Shown in pieces: positions 1 to 10,145 of a stretch of 64,000 nt of DNA. Position numbers and translations under genes: made by a program. How positions within the stretch are numbered: position 1 is the stretch's first letter; each line of letters begins with the position of its first letter. This DNA comes from Thermodesulfobium acidiphilum (GTDB taxonomy: Bacteria > Thermodesulfobiota > Thermodesulfobiia > Thermodesulfobiales > Thermodesulfobiaceae): positions 332,100 through 396,099 of the forward strand of contig NZ_CP020921.1 of NCBI RefSeq assembly GCF_003057965.1, written 5' to 3'. Under the pieces are notes generated by a model that had not been told where the DNA came from, searched no databases, and saw only the letters and a list, made by a program, of their open reading frames with translations.

Positions 1-1082
1 TTTACTCCATGGTGTGCTTCATACTTTTCTTTTAAGCCAAAGAGTATCTGAATAGCCTCTTCTTGGGTGGGTTCTTCTACGTGTATGGGATGAAATCTTC
101 TTTCAAGACCTGCATCCTTTTCAAGATGCTTTCTGTAGTCCTCTACCGTGGTTGCTCCAATACACTGGATTTCACCTCTCGCAAGGGCGGGTTTAAGTAT
201 ATTTGCTGCATCTACCGCACCTTCTGCTGCTCCTGCTCCAACAATTGTGTGTAATTCGTCTATAAAGAGTATTATATTTCCAGCATTTTTTATCTCTTCA
301 GTTATCTTTTTTAATCTATCTTCAAATTCACCGCGATACTTTGTGCCGGCTATTAATAATCCTAAATCAAGAGAAATCAGACGCTTCTTCCTTAATATTG
401 GTGGAACGCTGTTGTCTACAATTGCTTGTGCAAGCCCCTCTACTATAGCTGTTTTTCCTACGCCTGGATCTCCTATTAGAACAGGATTATTTTTTGTCCT
501 TCTGCACATTATCTGGATTAGCCTTCTTATCTCTTTATTTCTACCTATTACGGGATCAAGCTTTTTTTCACGAGCTAATGCTGTAAGATCTCTTCCGAAT
601 TCATTCAAAAGTGGAGTTCGCCCTGATTCTTTGCTCTTTATTACAGAACCTCCAGATATTATTTGAATAATCTGGCTTCTAACCTTTCCAATGTCCATGT
701 TAAAAGATTTTAAAACTCTTGCGCCTATTCCTTCTCCTTCTCGAAGCAACCCCAGAAGGATATGTTCAGTACCGATGTGATTGTGCCCCAGGAGCCTTGC
801 CTCTTCCCAGGAGAGTTCAAGTACTCTTTTTGCCCTTGGCGTGAAAGGAATTTCTGATATAAGCGTGCCGCCGCCACGGCCTATAAGCCTTTCTACTTCA
901 CGTCTTATATCTTGAGGTTCAATGTCCATTGAAGTAATAACTTTGTTAGCTATTCCTGTACCTTCAGCCAAGAGACCTAAAAGTATATGTTCAGTACCGA
1001 CAAAATTATGGCCTAAGCGCTTGGCTTCTTCCTGGGCAAGGATTATAGCCTTGGCTGCCTTTTCGGTAAACTTTTCAAACAT
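1..1082 (-). CDS. clpC: ATP-dependent Clp protease ATP-binding subunit ClpC (5' part; runs off the window start)
   Basis: Not in the ORF track. Manual translation from ATG at 1082 (GGAGG upstream) gives [37 protein letters not shown], two Clp-N repeats, Walker A GDPGVGKT and Walker B ILFIDELH. Confidence 0.93.
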   Translation of the reverse strand, partial: MFEKFTEKAAKAIILAQEEAKRLGHNFVGTEHILLGLLAEGTGIANKVITSMDIEPQDIRREVERLIGRGGGTLISEIPFTPRAKRVLELSWEEARLLGHNHIGTEHILLGLLREGEGIGARVLKSFNMDIGKVRSQIIQIISGGSVIKSKESGRTPLLNEFGRDLTALAREKKLDPVIGRNKEIRRLIQIMCRRTKNNPVLIGDPGVGKTAIVEGLAQAIVDNSVPPILRKKRLISLDLGLLIAGTKYRGEFEDRLKKITEEIKNAGNIILFIDELHTIVGAGAAEGAVDAANILKPALARGEIQCIGATTVEDYRKHLEKDAGLERRFHPIHVEEPTQEEAIQILFGLKEKYEAHHGV

Positions 1083-1311
1083 TTTAGACCTCCAGAGTGA
1101 AATTAAATTTTTCTTAATATATCATATATTATACTATGTTTATTAACATTTAGTTAGAAAATTGCCTTTATTTTTATTAGATAATTTTAAAATTTTGCCA
1201 ACAATTTTTATTTTTTATTTTGAGGCTAACTTTAATTGCAGGTTTTTTATGATATATAATATTCTTTAAAAAATTAAATTTTTACTAAAAAATTGAAAAG
1301 AGGTTGATACT

Positions 1312-2235
1312 TTGAGAATTTTAGTTACTGGAGCAGCGGGCTTTATAGGTTCTAATTTAGTTAAGGCTCTTGAAAATCACTTTCCTACTTATGAAATATA
1401 TGCTTTAGATGACTTTTCTTCTGGAGGTCATTTTAAAAATCTTCTGGGTTTTAAAGGAGAAGTGATAACTGCCGACATTTCTCTCAAAGAAGTCTGGGAA
1501 AGGTTAAAGAGCTATAGATTTGACGTTATTTTCCACGAAGGTGCTATATCTGACACAAGGGTCTTAGATCAAGGTTTAGTTATGAGAGTAAATGCAGAGT
1601 CATTTAAATATTTGCTTGATCTAGCAAAGTGTTCTAAATCAAAGGTGATCTATGCATCAAGCGCTGCAGTTTATGGAAATTCACCTGCGCCGCAAAAAGA
1701 AGATGAAGGCCTGGTGCCAGAAAACGTTTATGGTTTTTCAAAATATGCAATGGATATGATTGCGCTTAAGTTTATGAAAATAAATCCTGATATCCAGGTT
1801 TGCGGTATGAGGTACTTTAACGTGTATGGTCCAGGTGAGGATTTTAAAGGTGAATATGCAAGTATGATAAGGCAAATGTTTATGAGAATTAAAAAGGGGC
1901 AAAACCCAAGATTGTTTAAATATGGTGAGCAAAAAAGGGATTTTGTGTATATAAAAGACGTAGTAAATGCAAACATAAAAGCCATGGAAAGTGACGTATC
2001 TGGTATATTTAATATAGCTACAGGAATAGCAAGGTCATTTAACGATATTGTAAAGATTATTTCTGATGTTACGAAAAAGGATATCAATGTAGAATATTTT
2101 GATTGCCCATATGACTTTTATCAGAATTTGACCCAGGCTGATATTTCAAGAGCAAGGTCTTTTCTTGGGTATATTCCAGAATATGATCTTGAGACAGGCA
2201 TAAAAGAATATATAAATTATCTAGATAAATTCTAA
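1312..2235 (+). CDS. rfaD: ADP-L-glycero-D-manno-heptose 6-epimerase (extended SDR)
   Basis: TGAAGFIG Rossmann motif, FHEGAISDT, YASSAAVYG, YGFSK catalytic motif, RYFNVYGP, QKRDFVY. Confidence 0.85.
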   Translation: MRILVTGAAGFIGSNLVKALENHFPTYEIYALDDFSSGGHFKNLLGFKGEVITADISLKEVWERLKSYRFDVIFHEGAISDTRVLDQGLVMRVNAESFKYLLDLAKCSKSKVIYASSAAVYGNSPAPQKEDEGLVPENVYGFSKYAMDMIALKFMKINPDIQVCGMRYFNVYGPGEDFKGEYASMIRQMFMRIKKGQNPRLFKYGEQKRDFVYIKDVVNANIKAMESDVSGIFNIATGIARSFNDIVKIISDVTKKDINVEYFDCPYDFYQNLTQADISRARSFLGYIPEYDLETGIKEYINYLDKF

Positions 2236-2583
2236 GCTTTTAAAGGCTTAAAACACAACTTAGTCAAGTTTTTAGAAAGTGATTCTGGGTTTGAATAAAG
2301 TGATATTTTACTTGTAAAGTATATTAATTCTATTTATTCCGGATATAAAAGCTCAAGTATTATAAAAAGAAAAAATATTTGAATTATCTGAATTTATAAA
2401 AAATTCAAATTTTGTTATATAATATCTAATCAAGGTAATTACTCTTGGGTAAGTCTTATGAAGGGATTTGCCTTACAGGATTTTATCAACAACTCTCATA
2501 AAAAGAGAGGAGGGGTAACAGGAAAACAACGTTTTTGTTATTTGCTCCAAGAATTTTTACCTTCATGAAGGGGGTGTTGTTTT

Positions 2584-3654
2584 TTGTTATCTAATTTGGC
2601 TAAGAATAAGGTTAGTAGAAGGGATTTTATGAAAGCCTGTGCGGCGATGGCCGTATATTTAGGTTTGAGTGAATCTTTTGCTCCAAAGATTGCTGATGCA
2701 GTCGAAAACGCAAGTAAAAAAGCTCCTGTAATATGGTTAGAGGCTCAAGACTGTGCTGGTTGTTCAGAAGCTTTCCTTAATTTAACAGAACCTACTCCTG
2801 CACAGATTATTCTTGATACCATAAGTTTGAAGTATCACGAGACCCTTATGTTTGGTAGTGGATATGTTGCCGACAAGGCTTTGGATGAAGCTATGAAGAC
2901 TCCAGGATACGTTTTGGTGGTTGAGGGTTCGATACCAACTGCAGATCCTCTTTTTTGCACGGCAGGGACTATGAGCGATACTAATCCTGCCAGAAGGCCA
3001 GTAGTCGAGACACTTAAAGAAGCTTATAAAAACGCTGCCGTAGTCATAGCGCTAGGCTCCTGTGCTAGCTGGGGCGGTGTAGTGCAAGCAACTCCTTCAA
3101 AGGGCAGAGGAGTAAGCGATATTGTTGGAAAGGAAAAGGTTATAAACCTTCCAATGTGCCCATGTAATCCAGATCATCTTGCGGGGACCCTTGTTTATTA
3201 TCTTACTTTTAAGAAAGCTCCGCCGCTTGACATTCACCAGAGACCTCTAATGTTTTTCGGGACCCTCATTCATGACAATTGTCCAAGAAGGGGACACTTT
3301 GAGAGAGGCGAATTCGTAACTAATTATGGTGATCCAAGTCAGGCTGAATACTGTTTGTATCTAAAGGGTTGTAAGGGACCATTCACTTTTAGCGATTGTC
3401 CCTCAAGAGGTTTTAATGACAACGTAAACTGGTGTATAAAAGCTGGTGCTCCTTGTGCTGGATGTTCTCAGCCCGAATTTTATGCTGGGTTCTCTCCTCT
3501 TTATGAGAAGTCAAATGACGTTAATTTGCCAGGTATTGGTGGAGTGCCATCTGAAACAGTAGGCACGGTAGCTGCAGCTGTGACTGCGCTAGGAGTTGCT
3601 GCCCACCTTGTTGGCCGCTCTGTATTTGGCAAGAAGAAGGAGGGAGATAAGTAA
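2584..3654 (+). CDS. [NiFe]-hydrogenase group 1 small subunit, Tat-exported, with C-terminal membrane anchor
   Basis: Tat motif SRRDFMK, QDCAGCSE, GSCASWGG, PMCPCNP, HDNCPRR, CLYLKGCKGP, CAGCS. Confidence 0.95.
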   Translation: MLSNLAKNKVSRRDFMKACAAMAVYLGLSESFAPKIADAVENASKKAPVIWLEAQDCAGCSEAFLNLTEPTPAQIILDTISLKYHETLMFGSGYVADKALDEAMKTPGYVLVVEGSIPTADPLFCTAGTMSDTNPARRPVVETLKEAYKNAAVVIALGSCASWGGVVQATPSKGRGVSDIVGKEKVINLPMCPCNPDHLAGTLVYYLTFKKAPPLDIHQRPLMFFGTLIHDNCPRRGHFERGEFVTNYGDPSQAEYCLYLKGCKGPFTFSDCPSRGFNDNVNWCIKAGAPCAGCSQPEFYAGFSPLYEKSNDVNLPGIGGVPSETVGTVAAAVTALGVAAHLVGRSVFGKKKEGDK

Positions 3655-3656
3655 CT

Positions 3657-5219
3657 ATGGCGAACAAAATTGTTATAGATCCAGTTACAAGAATTGAAGG
3701 GCATTTGAGGATAGAAGTTGAGGTTGAAAATGGCGTAGTTAAGGACGCATGGTCGTCAGGCACAATGGCAAGAGGGTTTGAAGCCATGCTTATTGGTAGA
3801 CAGCCAATGGATGCTATTTACGTCACAGAGAGATCTTGTGGCGTTTGCACTATGGTACATGGGCTATGTTCTTCAAGGGCTTTAGATATGGCATATGGCT
3901 GTAAAGTTCCAGAGGCAGGTATACTTCTTAGGAATCTTATGCTTGCAGCTTTATATATGGGAGATCATATCCAGATCTTTTATAACCTAAATGCACCTGA
4001 TTATATCGATATTACAGCAGTTGCAGGTTATAAAGGGAATGATCCAAAGCTACTGGCTATAAAGGATAAGATTGTAGCGCTTGTCAAGGCGAACGATACT
4101 TCGCCATTTACGCCTACATATAAAAACGATCAATATACTCTTACAGATCCAGAAATAGTTACAACGCTTGTTCACCACTACCTGCAGGCTATTGAGGCAA
4201 GAGCTATTGCCCAAAAGTGCATAGCAATATTTGGCGGGAAATCACCTCACCAAGCAGGAGTAATCCAGGGCGGAGTTACATATCATCCGAATCTTGAAGA
4301 TCTGGTAAAGTATAAAGAGTATATTGCAAAGGTAATTGATTTCGTGCAAAACGTTTACTGGAAAGACATACTCTTCCTTGGATCAGGACCTCTTCTTCCT
4401 GTAGGTCAGGCAGGACTTGGAGGTGGATATAACAATTATCTTTCAGGACCAGAATTTCCTCTAGACAATAGCGGTAAGGATTTCTTGTGGAAGGGCGGCG
4501 TAGTTACAGATGGCAATCTAGGTGCAGTACAACCTCTTGATGGTCAGAAGATTGCTGAATCAGTAGCCCACTCCTGGTATGATTATTCGAATAATCAACC
4601 ACTTCTCCAACCATTTGAGGGCGAGACCAAGTTCAACCTCAAGAAAGAGGGTGCATACAGCTTCTTAAAGGCTCCACGTTACGACGGAAAGCCTTATGAA
4701 GTGGGCCCACTTGCCTGGGCTATGACGGTTCAGCCGAAAGAGTTTATGGATATTGTTACAAAACTAAATATCAAACCAGGATTTTTAGCTCGCCATGCTG
4801 CAAGAGCTTATCAAGCCGTAGACGTGTCAAAGAACGTTATGAAGTGGGTAGATCAACTTGCCTCGTTAATGGGTAAGGGACCACTGATTGTTAATGATGA
4901 CAAGCCCACACCAGATAATGCGAGGGGTTTTGGCTTTGTTGAGGCACCAAGGGGATTTTTGAGTCACTGGGCGATAATTGAGGGGAAGAAGTTAAAGAAT
5001 TATCAGCAGGTAGTTCCTACTACATGGAACGCTTCTCCCAGAGATGCCAACAACGTTCGTGGCCAATATGAGCAATCCCTGATAGGAATTCCCGTGCCAG
5101 ACCCAGAAAACCCAATAAATGTTGTAAGAAACATCAGGTCATTTGACCCGTGTCTTGCATGTGCAGTTCACATTATCCATCCAGAGAGTAACCGCATCTT
5201 GAAGTTTGTTGTGGAGTAG
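3657..5219 (+). CDS. [NiFe]-hydrogenase group 1 large subunit
   Basis: DPVTRIEGH, L1 motif ERSCGVC, L2 motif DPCLACAVH followed by a cleavable C-terminal extension. Confidence 0.97.
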   Translation: MANKIVIDPVTRIEGHLRIEVEVENGVVKDAWSSGTMARGFEAMLIGRQPMDAIYVTERSCGVCTMVHGLCSSRALDMAYGCKVPEAGILLRNLMLAALYMGDHIQIFYNLNAPDYIDITAVAGYKGNDPKLLAIKDKIVALVKANDTSPFTPTYKNDQYTLTDPEIVTTLVHHYLQAIEARAIAQKCIAIFGGKSPHQAGVIQGGVTYHPNLEDLVKYKEYIAKVIDFVQNVYWKDILFLGSGPLLPVGQAGLGGGYNNYLSGPEFPLDNSGKDFLWKGGVVTDGNLGAVQPLDGQKIAESVAHSWYDYSNNQPLLQPFEGETKFNLKKEGAYSFLKAPRYDGKPYEVGPLAWAMTVQPKEFMDIVTKLNIKPGFLARHAARAYQAVDVSKNVMKWVDQLASLMGKGPLIVNDDKPTPDNARGFGFVEAPRGFLSHWAIIEGKKLKNYQQVVPTTWNASPRDANNVRGQYEQSLIGIPVPDPENPINVVRNIRSFDPCLACAVHIIHPESNRILKFVVE

Positions 5220-5230
5220 GGAGGTATACT

Positions 5231-5812
5231 ATGGCGCGTTTAGAAGATCATCCACTGCCACAAAGAGTTATGCACTGGATTAATTTGCTGTGCATGTTAG
5301 GCCTTATTATATCTGGATGGTATATTCATAGCCCATTTGCACCAGGATGGATGGGCGCTCTTAGATGGCTTCACTTTTCGCTGGCATATATTTGGATCTT
5401 AAATGCAATATTTAGGATTTACTTTGCTTTTGCTGGTTCAGATAGGGATTGGAGAGAGTTTGCGTATACGAAGGAAGATTTTAAAAACATCATTCCACAA
5501 ATCAAGTATTATCTTTTCTTAGGTCCTCATCCCCATACAGGAAAGTATAACCCACTTCAGAAAGTAGCTTATAGTTGGCTTTTGATTGTACTTTTTATTT
5601 TCCAGGCAACTACTGGCTTTGCTCTTTTGTGGCCAACAGGCGCTTTTTCTGGTGTAGTACACTTCTTTGGAGGTTTGTATTATTTAAGACTGTGGCACTA
5701 TTTTGGTATGTTTGCGTTCATTATATTTATAATTGGTCACGTTTATCTTTCTGTTACAGAAGCATGGGATCAGGTACCGCTCATGTTTTTTGGTATTGCT
5801 AAAAAGGATTAA
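5231..5812 (+). CDS. Ni/Fe-hydrogenase b-type cytochrome subunit
   Basis: RVMHWIN, GKYNPLQK, four TM helices with heme His residues; directly follows the large subunit. Confidence 0.93.
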   Translation: MARLEDHPLPQRVMHWINLLCMLGLIISGWYIHSPFAPGWMGALRWLHFSLAYIWILNAIFRIYFAFAGSDRDWREFAYTKEDFKNIIPQIKYYLFLGPHPHTGKYNPLQKVAYSWLLIVLFIFQATTGFALLWPTGAFSGVVHFFGGLYYLRLWHYFGMFAFIIFIIGHVYLSVTEAWDQVPLMFFGIAKKD

Positions 5813-5830
5813 GTTTAAATTTAGTTTTTT

Positions 5831-5864
5831 GCCCCGGATGTGTTTTATAAATCCGGGGCTTTTT
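5831..5864 (+). terminator. Intrinsic terminator after the hydrogenase structural genes
   Basis: GCCCCGGAT / ATCCGGGGC stem followed by TTTTT. Confidence 0.8.
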
Positions 5865-5917
5865 AGTATAATATAATTAGTTTTTAGGTATGATACTCAC
5901 TTCTTTGGAGGAGTAAG

Positions 5918-6451
5918 ATGTCGGAGGCGAGTAACGTTTCAATGCCTGGTGTTATTAGTTCCTCTGGAAATAGCAGTGTATCTAACATAGCTAATTTGAA
6001 TAATAGTTCAGGTTCCAGTCTGGTCTCGTCGCTAAAACAGAAATTTTCTGCCCAGGTTGAACTAGAAATAGAGCAATTGAGAAAAAGGGATCAAGAAGTT
6101 AGGGCTCATGAACAAGCCCACATTGCTGCTTCTGGAGGGTTAGCTGCATCTGGCCCTAATTACGTGTACGTTACTGGACCTGATGGCAAGCTGTATGCTG
6201 TTGGCGGCGATGTGACAATTGACGTTTCTCCCGTGCCAAACAATCCAGATGCTACAATACAAAAGATGCAAACGGTTATTAGAGCTGCCCTAGCACCTGC
6301 TGAGCCTTCTAGTCAGGATTATACTGTGGCATCTCAAGCACAGATGATTATTATGCAGGCCCAGGAACAAAAGGCTATTATAGAGAGTCATAAATTGCAA
6401 TCAGCTATTTCAGGAAATCACAATAAAAAAAATATAAATGCCATTTTATAA
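5918..6451 (+). CDS. SprA-related family putative metalloprotein
   Basis: RDQEVRAHEQAH, GPDGKLYAVGG, AALAPAEPSSQD are characteristic of the SprA-related family. Confidence 0.85.
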   Translation: MSEASNVSMPGVISSSGNSSVSNIANLNNSSGSSLVSSLKQKFSAQVELEIEQLRKRDQEVRAHEQAHIAASGGLAASGPNYVYVTGPDGKLYAVGGDVTIDVSPVPNNPDATIQKMQTVIRAALAPAEPSSQDYTVASQAQMIIMQAQEQKAIIESHKLQSAISGNHNKKNINAIL

Positions 6452-6604
6452 GTACCAAGCACACAATATATTCGAACTTATTTATAATTTTTTTTACATT
6501 TAATTAAAGCTGTTAATTTAATTTATTTGACAAAAATAAAAAACCAATTCATAATAAATTTGTTTTCATTTATTAGGGGTTAAATCTTGATTTGAGGGGA
6601 ATGT

Positions 6605-7087
6605 ATGAAAATATTGGTAATAGGAATTGGAAATGAGTTGCAGGGAGATGATGGATTAGGAGTACATGTGATAAAAGAATTAAAAAAGGTTTCTTTGCCA
6701 GATGAGGTTGATCTTTTGGCAGGAGGTACAAGCGGTCCTGATTTGATAGTTTATTTTGAAGGGGTAGATTTCGCAATATTTGTTGATGCCGTTAGGGGAG
6801 GGAATAAACCTGGCACAATTTATAAGTATAAACCTGAAGAGATGAAATATCAAAAGAGTATTGCGTTGTCTCCTCACCAAATAGGGATTCCAGAAACGCT
6901 GAGTTTAGCTGAGTTCGTTGGCAAAAAGCCAAAAAGGAGCATATTTTTCGGTATGGAGCCAATGAACCTGGAGTTTTCAATGGAGCTTAGTGAACCAGTA
7001 AAAGAAAAACTACCAAGATTAGTTAAGCTTATTGTAGAGGAAATCGATAACTTTTTAGCTTCTAACAAAGATCAAAATTCACTGTAA
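6605..7087 (+). CDS. Hydrogenase maturation protease (HyaD/HybD family)
   Basis: GIGNELQGDDGLG, FVDAV, SPHQIG; lies next to the hydrogenase genes. Confidence 0.92.
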   Translation: MKILVIGIGNELQGDDGLGVHVIKELKKVSLPDEVDLLAGGTSGPDLIVYFEGVDFAIFVDAVRGGNKPGTIYKYKPEEMKYQKSIALSPHQIGIPETLSLAEFVGKKPKRSIFFGMEPMNLEFSMELSEPVKEKLPRLVKLIVEEIDNFLASNKDQNSL

Positions 7088-7095
7088 GAGAGGAA

Positions 7096-9231
7096 GTGAA
7101 CGCTTTAGTGTACCCATCAAGTGAAAACATAGAGAAAAACTTAGAACTTGATTTTTTCTTTAATCCAAGAAATGTAGCTGTATTGGGGGCTTCAAGGAAG
7201 CCTGGATCGGTAGGTTACACTATCCTTGAAAATCTTCTGGACTTTAAGGGTCAGGTTTTTCCAATCAATCCCAATGCAACAGAAATTTTGGGAATGAGAA
7301 CTTATGCTAGTCTTCAAGATCTGTTTGAACCCATAGATCTTGCAATAATTTCTGTGCCAAGAGACATTGTACCAATCGTTCTAGAAGATGCTGGTAGGGC
7401 TGGCTGTTTAGGTGTTGTTATTGTAACCTCGGGCTTTAAAGAAGTCGGGAGGAAGGATTTAGAAGATAAATTATTGGAAATTGCAAGAAAATATTCGATG
7501 AGAATTATTGGCCCAAATTGTCTGGGCATTTATGATGCCAAATCCAGACTTGACACTTCATTTCTTTCTAAACAGAAACAGGCAAGACCTGGTCCAGGAA
7601 GTATAGCTTTTTTGTCACAAAGCGGTGCTTTTCTTGCAGCTATAATGGACTGGGCTGCGTCAGAAAAGATTGGCATTTCTAAAGGCGTTTCCTATGGAAA
7701 TAAGGTAGACGTAAACGAACTTGACCTGATTGACTATCTTATTGAAGATGACGATACAGAGGTAATTTGTCTTTATATAGAAGGTGTAGATAATCCTAGA
7801 GCTTTTTTTGAAAAGGCAAGTAAGGCATCTAAGAGAAAGCCAATTTTAATTATGAAATCAGGCCTTACTGAAGAGGGAACAAAGGCTGCAGCGTCTCATA
7901 CTGGAAGCATGGCAGGAAGTGGTCTGCTTTTCAAGAGCGCCTGCAAACAAGCAGGATTGATTTTGGTTAAAGACTATAGAGAACTATTTAACGCAGCTAA
8001 AGCTTTAGTAAAGTCTGGTCCTGTAACGGGTAACAGAATAGCTATTTTAACAAATGGCGGCGGTGCAGGTGTTATGACAACGGACTATGCTATTGAAAAA
8101 TCCTTTAAGATGGCTAATTTGTCAGATTCCACGAAAAAAAAATTAAAAAGCTTTTTGCCAGCTTTTGCCAGTGTCAACAATCCAGTAGATATTACAGGTT
8201 CGGGAACAGAAGATGATTTCGTTAAATCTCTAAAGATTATTCAAGCAGATGAAAATGTTGATGCTGTATTGGGGATAAATCTCATACAGGTTCCTGGTAT
8301 GGACGAAAAGATAGTAAATGTTCTTCCGGCGGAAATCATAACAAGTTCCAAACCTTATTATTCAATTATGATTGGTGGAAATTATACCAATAGAGTAAAG
8401 TTAAAGTTAGAAAAAAAAGGGATGTTGGTTTATAACAATATTATTGATTGTGTTGATTCGTTGTACATATCTTCGTTATATACAAAGTTGAAGGAAAAGG
8501 ACAGTTGGAACGCTTCGGATTTATCTTTAAAAGTTTCCAGGAAGGCAAATGTTATAATTTCAAAAGCTCTAAAGTCGAAAAAAATTTCTTTAATAGAACC
8601 TAACCTTTCTGAATTTTTAAATAATTATAAAATGCCTTTATCTAAGAGTTATTTTTTTGCCAGTATTGATGATATTCTTAATTCTAAAAACATTGTATTT
8701 CCTGGCGTTGCCAAAGTAGTATCTCATGAGATAATCCACAAAACTGATGCTGGAGGAGTAATTCTAGGGATAAAATCAAAAGATGAATTAGTTGATGCAT
8801 ACAAAAAAATTGTTGAGAATGCAAAAAAATACGATCCGGCTGCAAAGGTGATGGGAATATCGTACCAAAAGATGGAAAAGAAAGGCATAGAGCTTATTGT
8901 TGGCGGCTTTAATGATAAATACTTTGGTCCTGTAGTAATGTTTGGTTTAGGCGGCATTTATGTTGAAGTCTTAAAAGACGTGGTTTTTGCAATCGCTCCG
9001 ATAACAAAACAAATTGCTATGTCTATGATAAAAGAGTTGAAATCGTATAATATTTTAACTGGCTTTAGAGGGGAGGATCCTGTTGATCAGGAAAAGATAG
9101 CTGAATTACTTGTAAGGTTTTCACAAATAATGTATTTACATCCTGAAATCAAAGAGATGGAATTTAACCCGGTGTTTGCGTATAAAGACTCTGTGGTTAT
9201 AGTGGATTCCAGAATGCTTTTGTCAAAATGA
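7096..9231 (+). CDS. ADP-forming acyl-CoA synthetase, fused alpha-beta (acetate-CoA ligase family)
   Basis: CoA-binding GASRKPGSVG, GPNCLG, SQSGA, phospho-His motif AASHTGS, NPVD, C-terminal ATP-grasp HKTDAGGV and FGPVVMFGLGG. Confidence 0.9.
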   Translation: MNALVYPSSENIEKNLELDFFFNPRNVAVLGASRKPGSVGYTILENLLDFKGQVFPINPNATEILGMRTYASLQDLFEPIDLAIISVPRDIVPIVLEDAGRAGCLGVVIVTSGFKEVGRKDLEDKLLEIARKYSMRIIGPNCLGIYDAKSRLDTSFLSKQKQARPGPGSIAFLSQSGAFLAAIMDWAASEKIGISKGVSYGNKVDVNELDLIDYLIEDDDTEVICLYIEGVDNPRAFFEKASKASKRKPILIMKSGLTEEGTKAAASHTGSMAGSGLLFKSACKQAGLILVKDYRELFNAAKALVKSGPVTGNRIAILTNGGGAGVMTTDYAIEKSFKMANLSDSTKKKLKSFLPAFASVNNPVDITGSGTEDDFVKSLKIIQADENVDAVLGINLIQVPGMDEKIVNVLPAEIITSSKPYYSIMIGGNYTNRVKLKLEKKGMLVYNNIIDCVDSLYISSLYTKLKEKDSWNASDLSLKVSRKANVIISKALKSKKISLIEPNLSEFLNNYKMPLSKSYFFASIDDILNSKNIVFPGVAKVVSHEIIHKTDAGGVILGIKSKDELVDAYKKIVENAKKYDPAAKVMGISYQKMEKKGIELIVGGFNDKYFGPVVMFGLGGIYVEVLKDVVFAIAPITKQIAMSMIKELKSYNILTGFRGEDPVDQEKIAELLVRFSQIMYLHPEIKEMEFNPVFAYKDSVVIVDSRMLLSK

Positions 9232-9893
9232 ACGATTACCCTATTTACGTTCTTTGTGGCGAGGCCGGATCTGGTAAATCAGAAATCGTTTTGAAATTAG
9301 GCGAGATTTTTTCAAAGGACAGGCCAGTTTCAGTTATAGACCTTGATAACGTTAAGATTATGAGAACGATTAGACATGTAAGATTCGAAAAGAGACTTGA
9401 ACTACCTTTTGAGATAATCAGCATTCCTGATGAATTTATCAATATAGATATGCCCATTGTTGCTTATAAAATTAGAAGTATAATTGAAGAAAAAAACAGG
9501 TTTTTGGTTATAGATATCGGAGGAAATAGTGATGGAGCTATTGTACTTGGGTCATTGAACGATATTTTAATGAGAAGAAATACTGTTCCTATTTTTGTCT
9601 TGAACCCCTTCAGACCCTTTTCGAACTCTTATGAAGCAGTAAAAGAAACTATTAACTCTATTCAGAAATCCAGTAAGCTTATTTTTAAAAAATTGATAAT
9701 AAATCTTTATTTAGGTGAAGGTTCTACCCTGGAGGAGATGCTTTTAGGAGAGAAGCTAGCAAATGAAATTGCTGAAAAACTGGAATTTGATGTACTTTTT
9801 AGGTTTGTTCAAGAAGATTTTATAAAATATTTCAAAGACTATATTCCAATAAGTCCTTTGTTACTTTATCCGTGGGAAGAAGGGAGGTTCTAA
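9228..9893 (+). CDS. P-loop NTPase-like protein associated with the VOR operon
   Basis: GEAGSGKSE, IDLDNV, DIGGN; overlaps the upstream gene (ATGA). Confidence 0.65.
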   Translation: MNDYPIYVLCGEAGSGKSEIVLKLGEIFSKDRPVSVIDLDNVKIMRTIRHVRFEKRLELPFEIISIPDEFINIDMPIVAYKIRSIIEEKNRFLVIDIGGNSDGAIVLGSLNDILMRRNTVPIFVLNPFRPFSNSYEAVKETINSIQKSSKLIFKKLIINLYLGEGSTLEEMLLGEKLANEIAEKLEFDVLFRFVQEDFIKYFKDYIPISPLLLYPWEEGRF

Positions 9894-9896
9894 ATA

Positions 9897-10121
9897 ATGG
9901 CAAGGGTGATAATTGACGAGGAGAGATGTAAAGGCTGTGGTCTATGTGTAGCAGCTTGTAATTTTGGAAACTTGAGAATTGGTGAAAAGTTTAATTCAAA
10001 GAGCTATAGAGTAAGCGAGTTCGTTGGAGAAGAGTGTAAAGGCTGTGGCTTTTGTTATATGGTATGTCCTGATATTGCAATTACAGTCTATAGAGATGAG
10101 AAAGTAGAGGTAGAAAAATAA
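9897..10121 (+). CDS. 2x[4Fe-4S] ferredoxin, delta subunit of 2-oxoacid:ferredoxin oxidoreductase
   Basis: Two CxxCxxCxxxC motifs (CKGCGLCVAAC, CKGCGFCYMVCP). Confidence 0.9.
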   Translation: MARVIIDEERCKGCGLCVAACNFGNLRIGEKFNSKSYRVSEFVGEECKGCGFCYMVCPDIAITVYRDEKVEVEK

Positions 10122-10145
10122 TTTGTTTTGTAAAGGAGGGATATT

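Noticed and set aside
63-1146. + strand ORFs 63..254, 148..666 and 922..1146
   Set aside because: Antisense shadows of clpC.
5140-5175. Possible selenocysteine ([NiFeSe]) hydrogenase
   Set aside because: L2 reads DPCLAC with TGT codons; there is no in-frame TGA.
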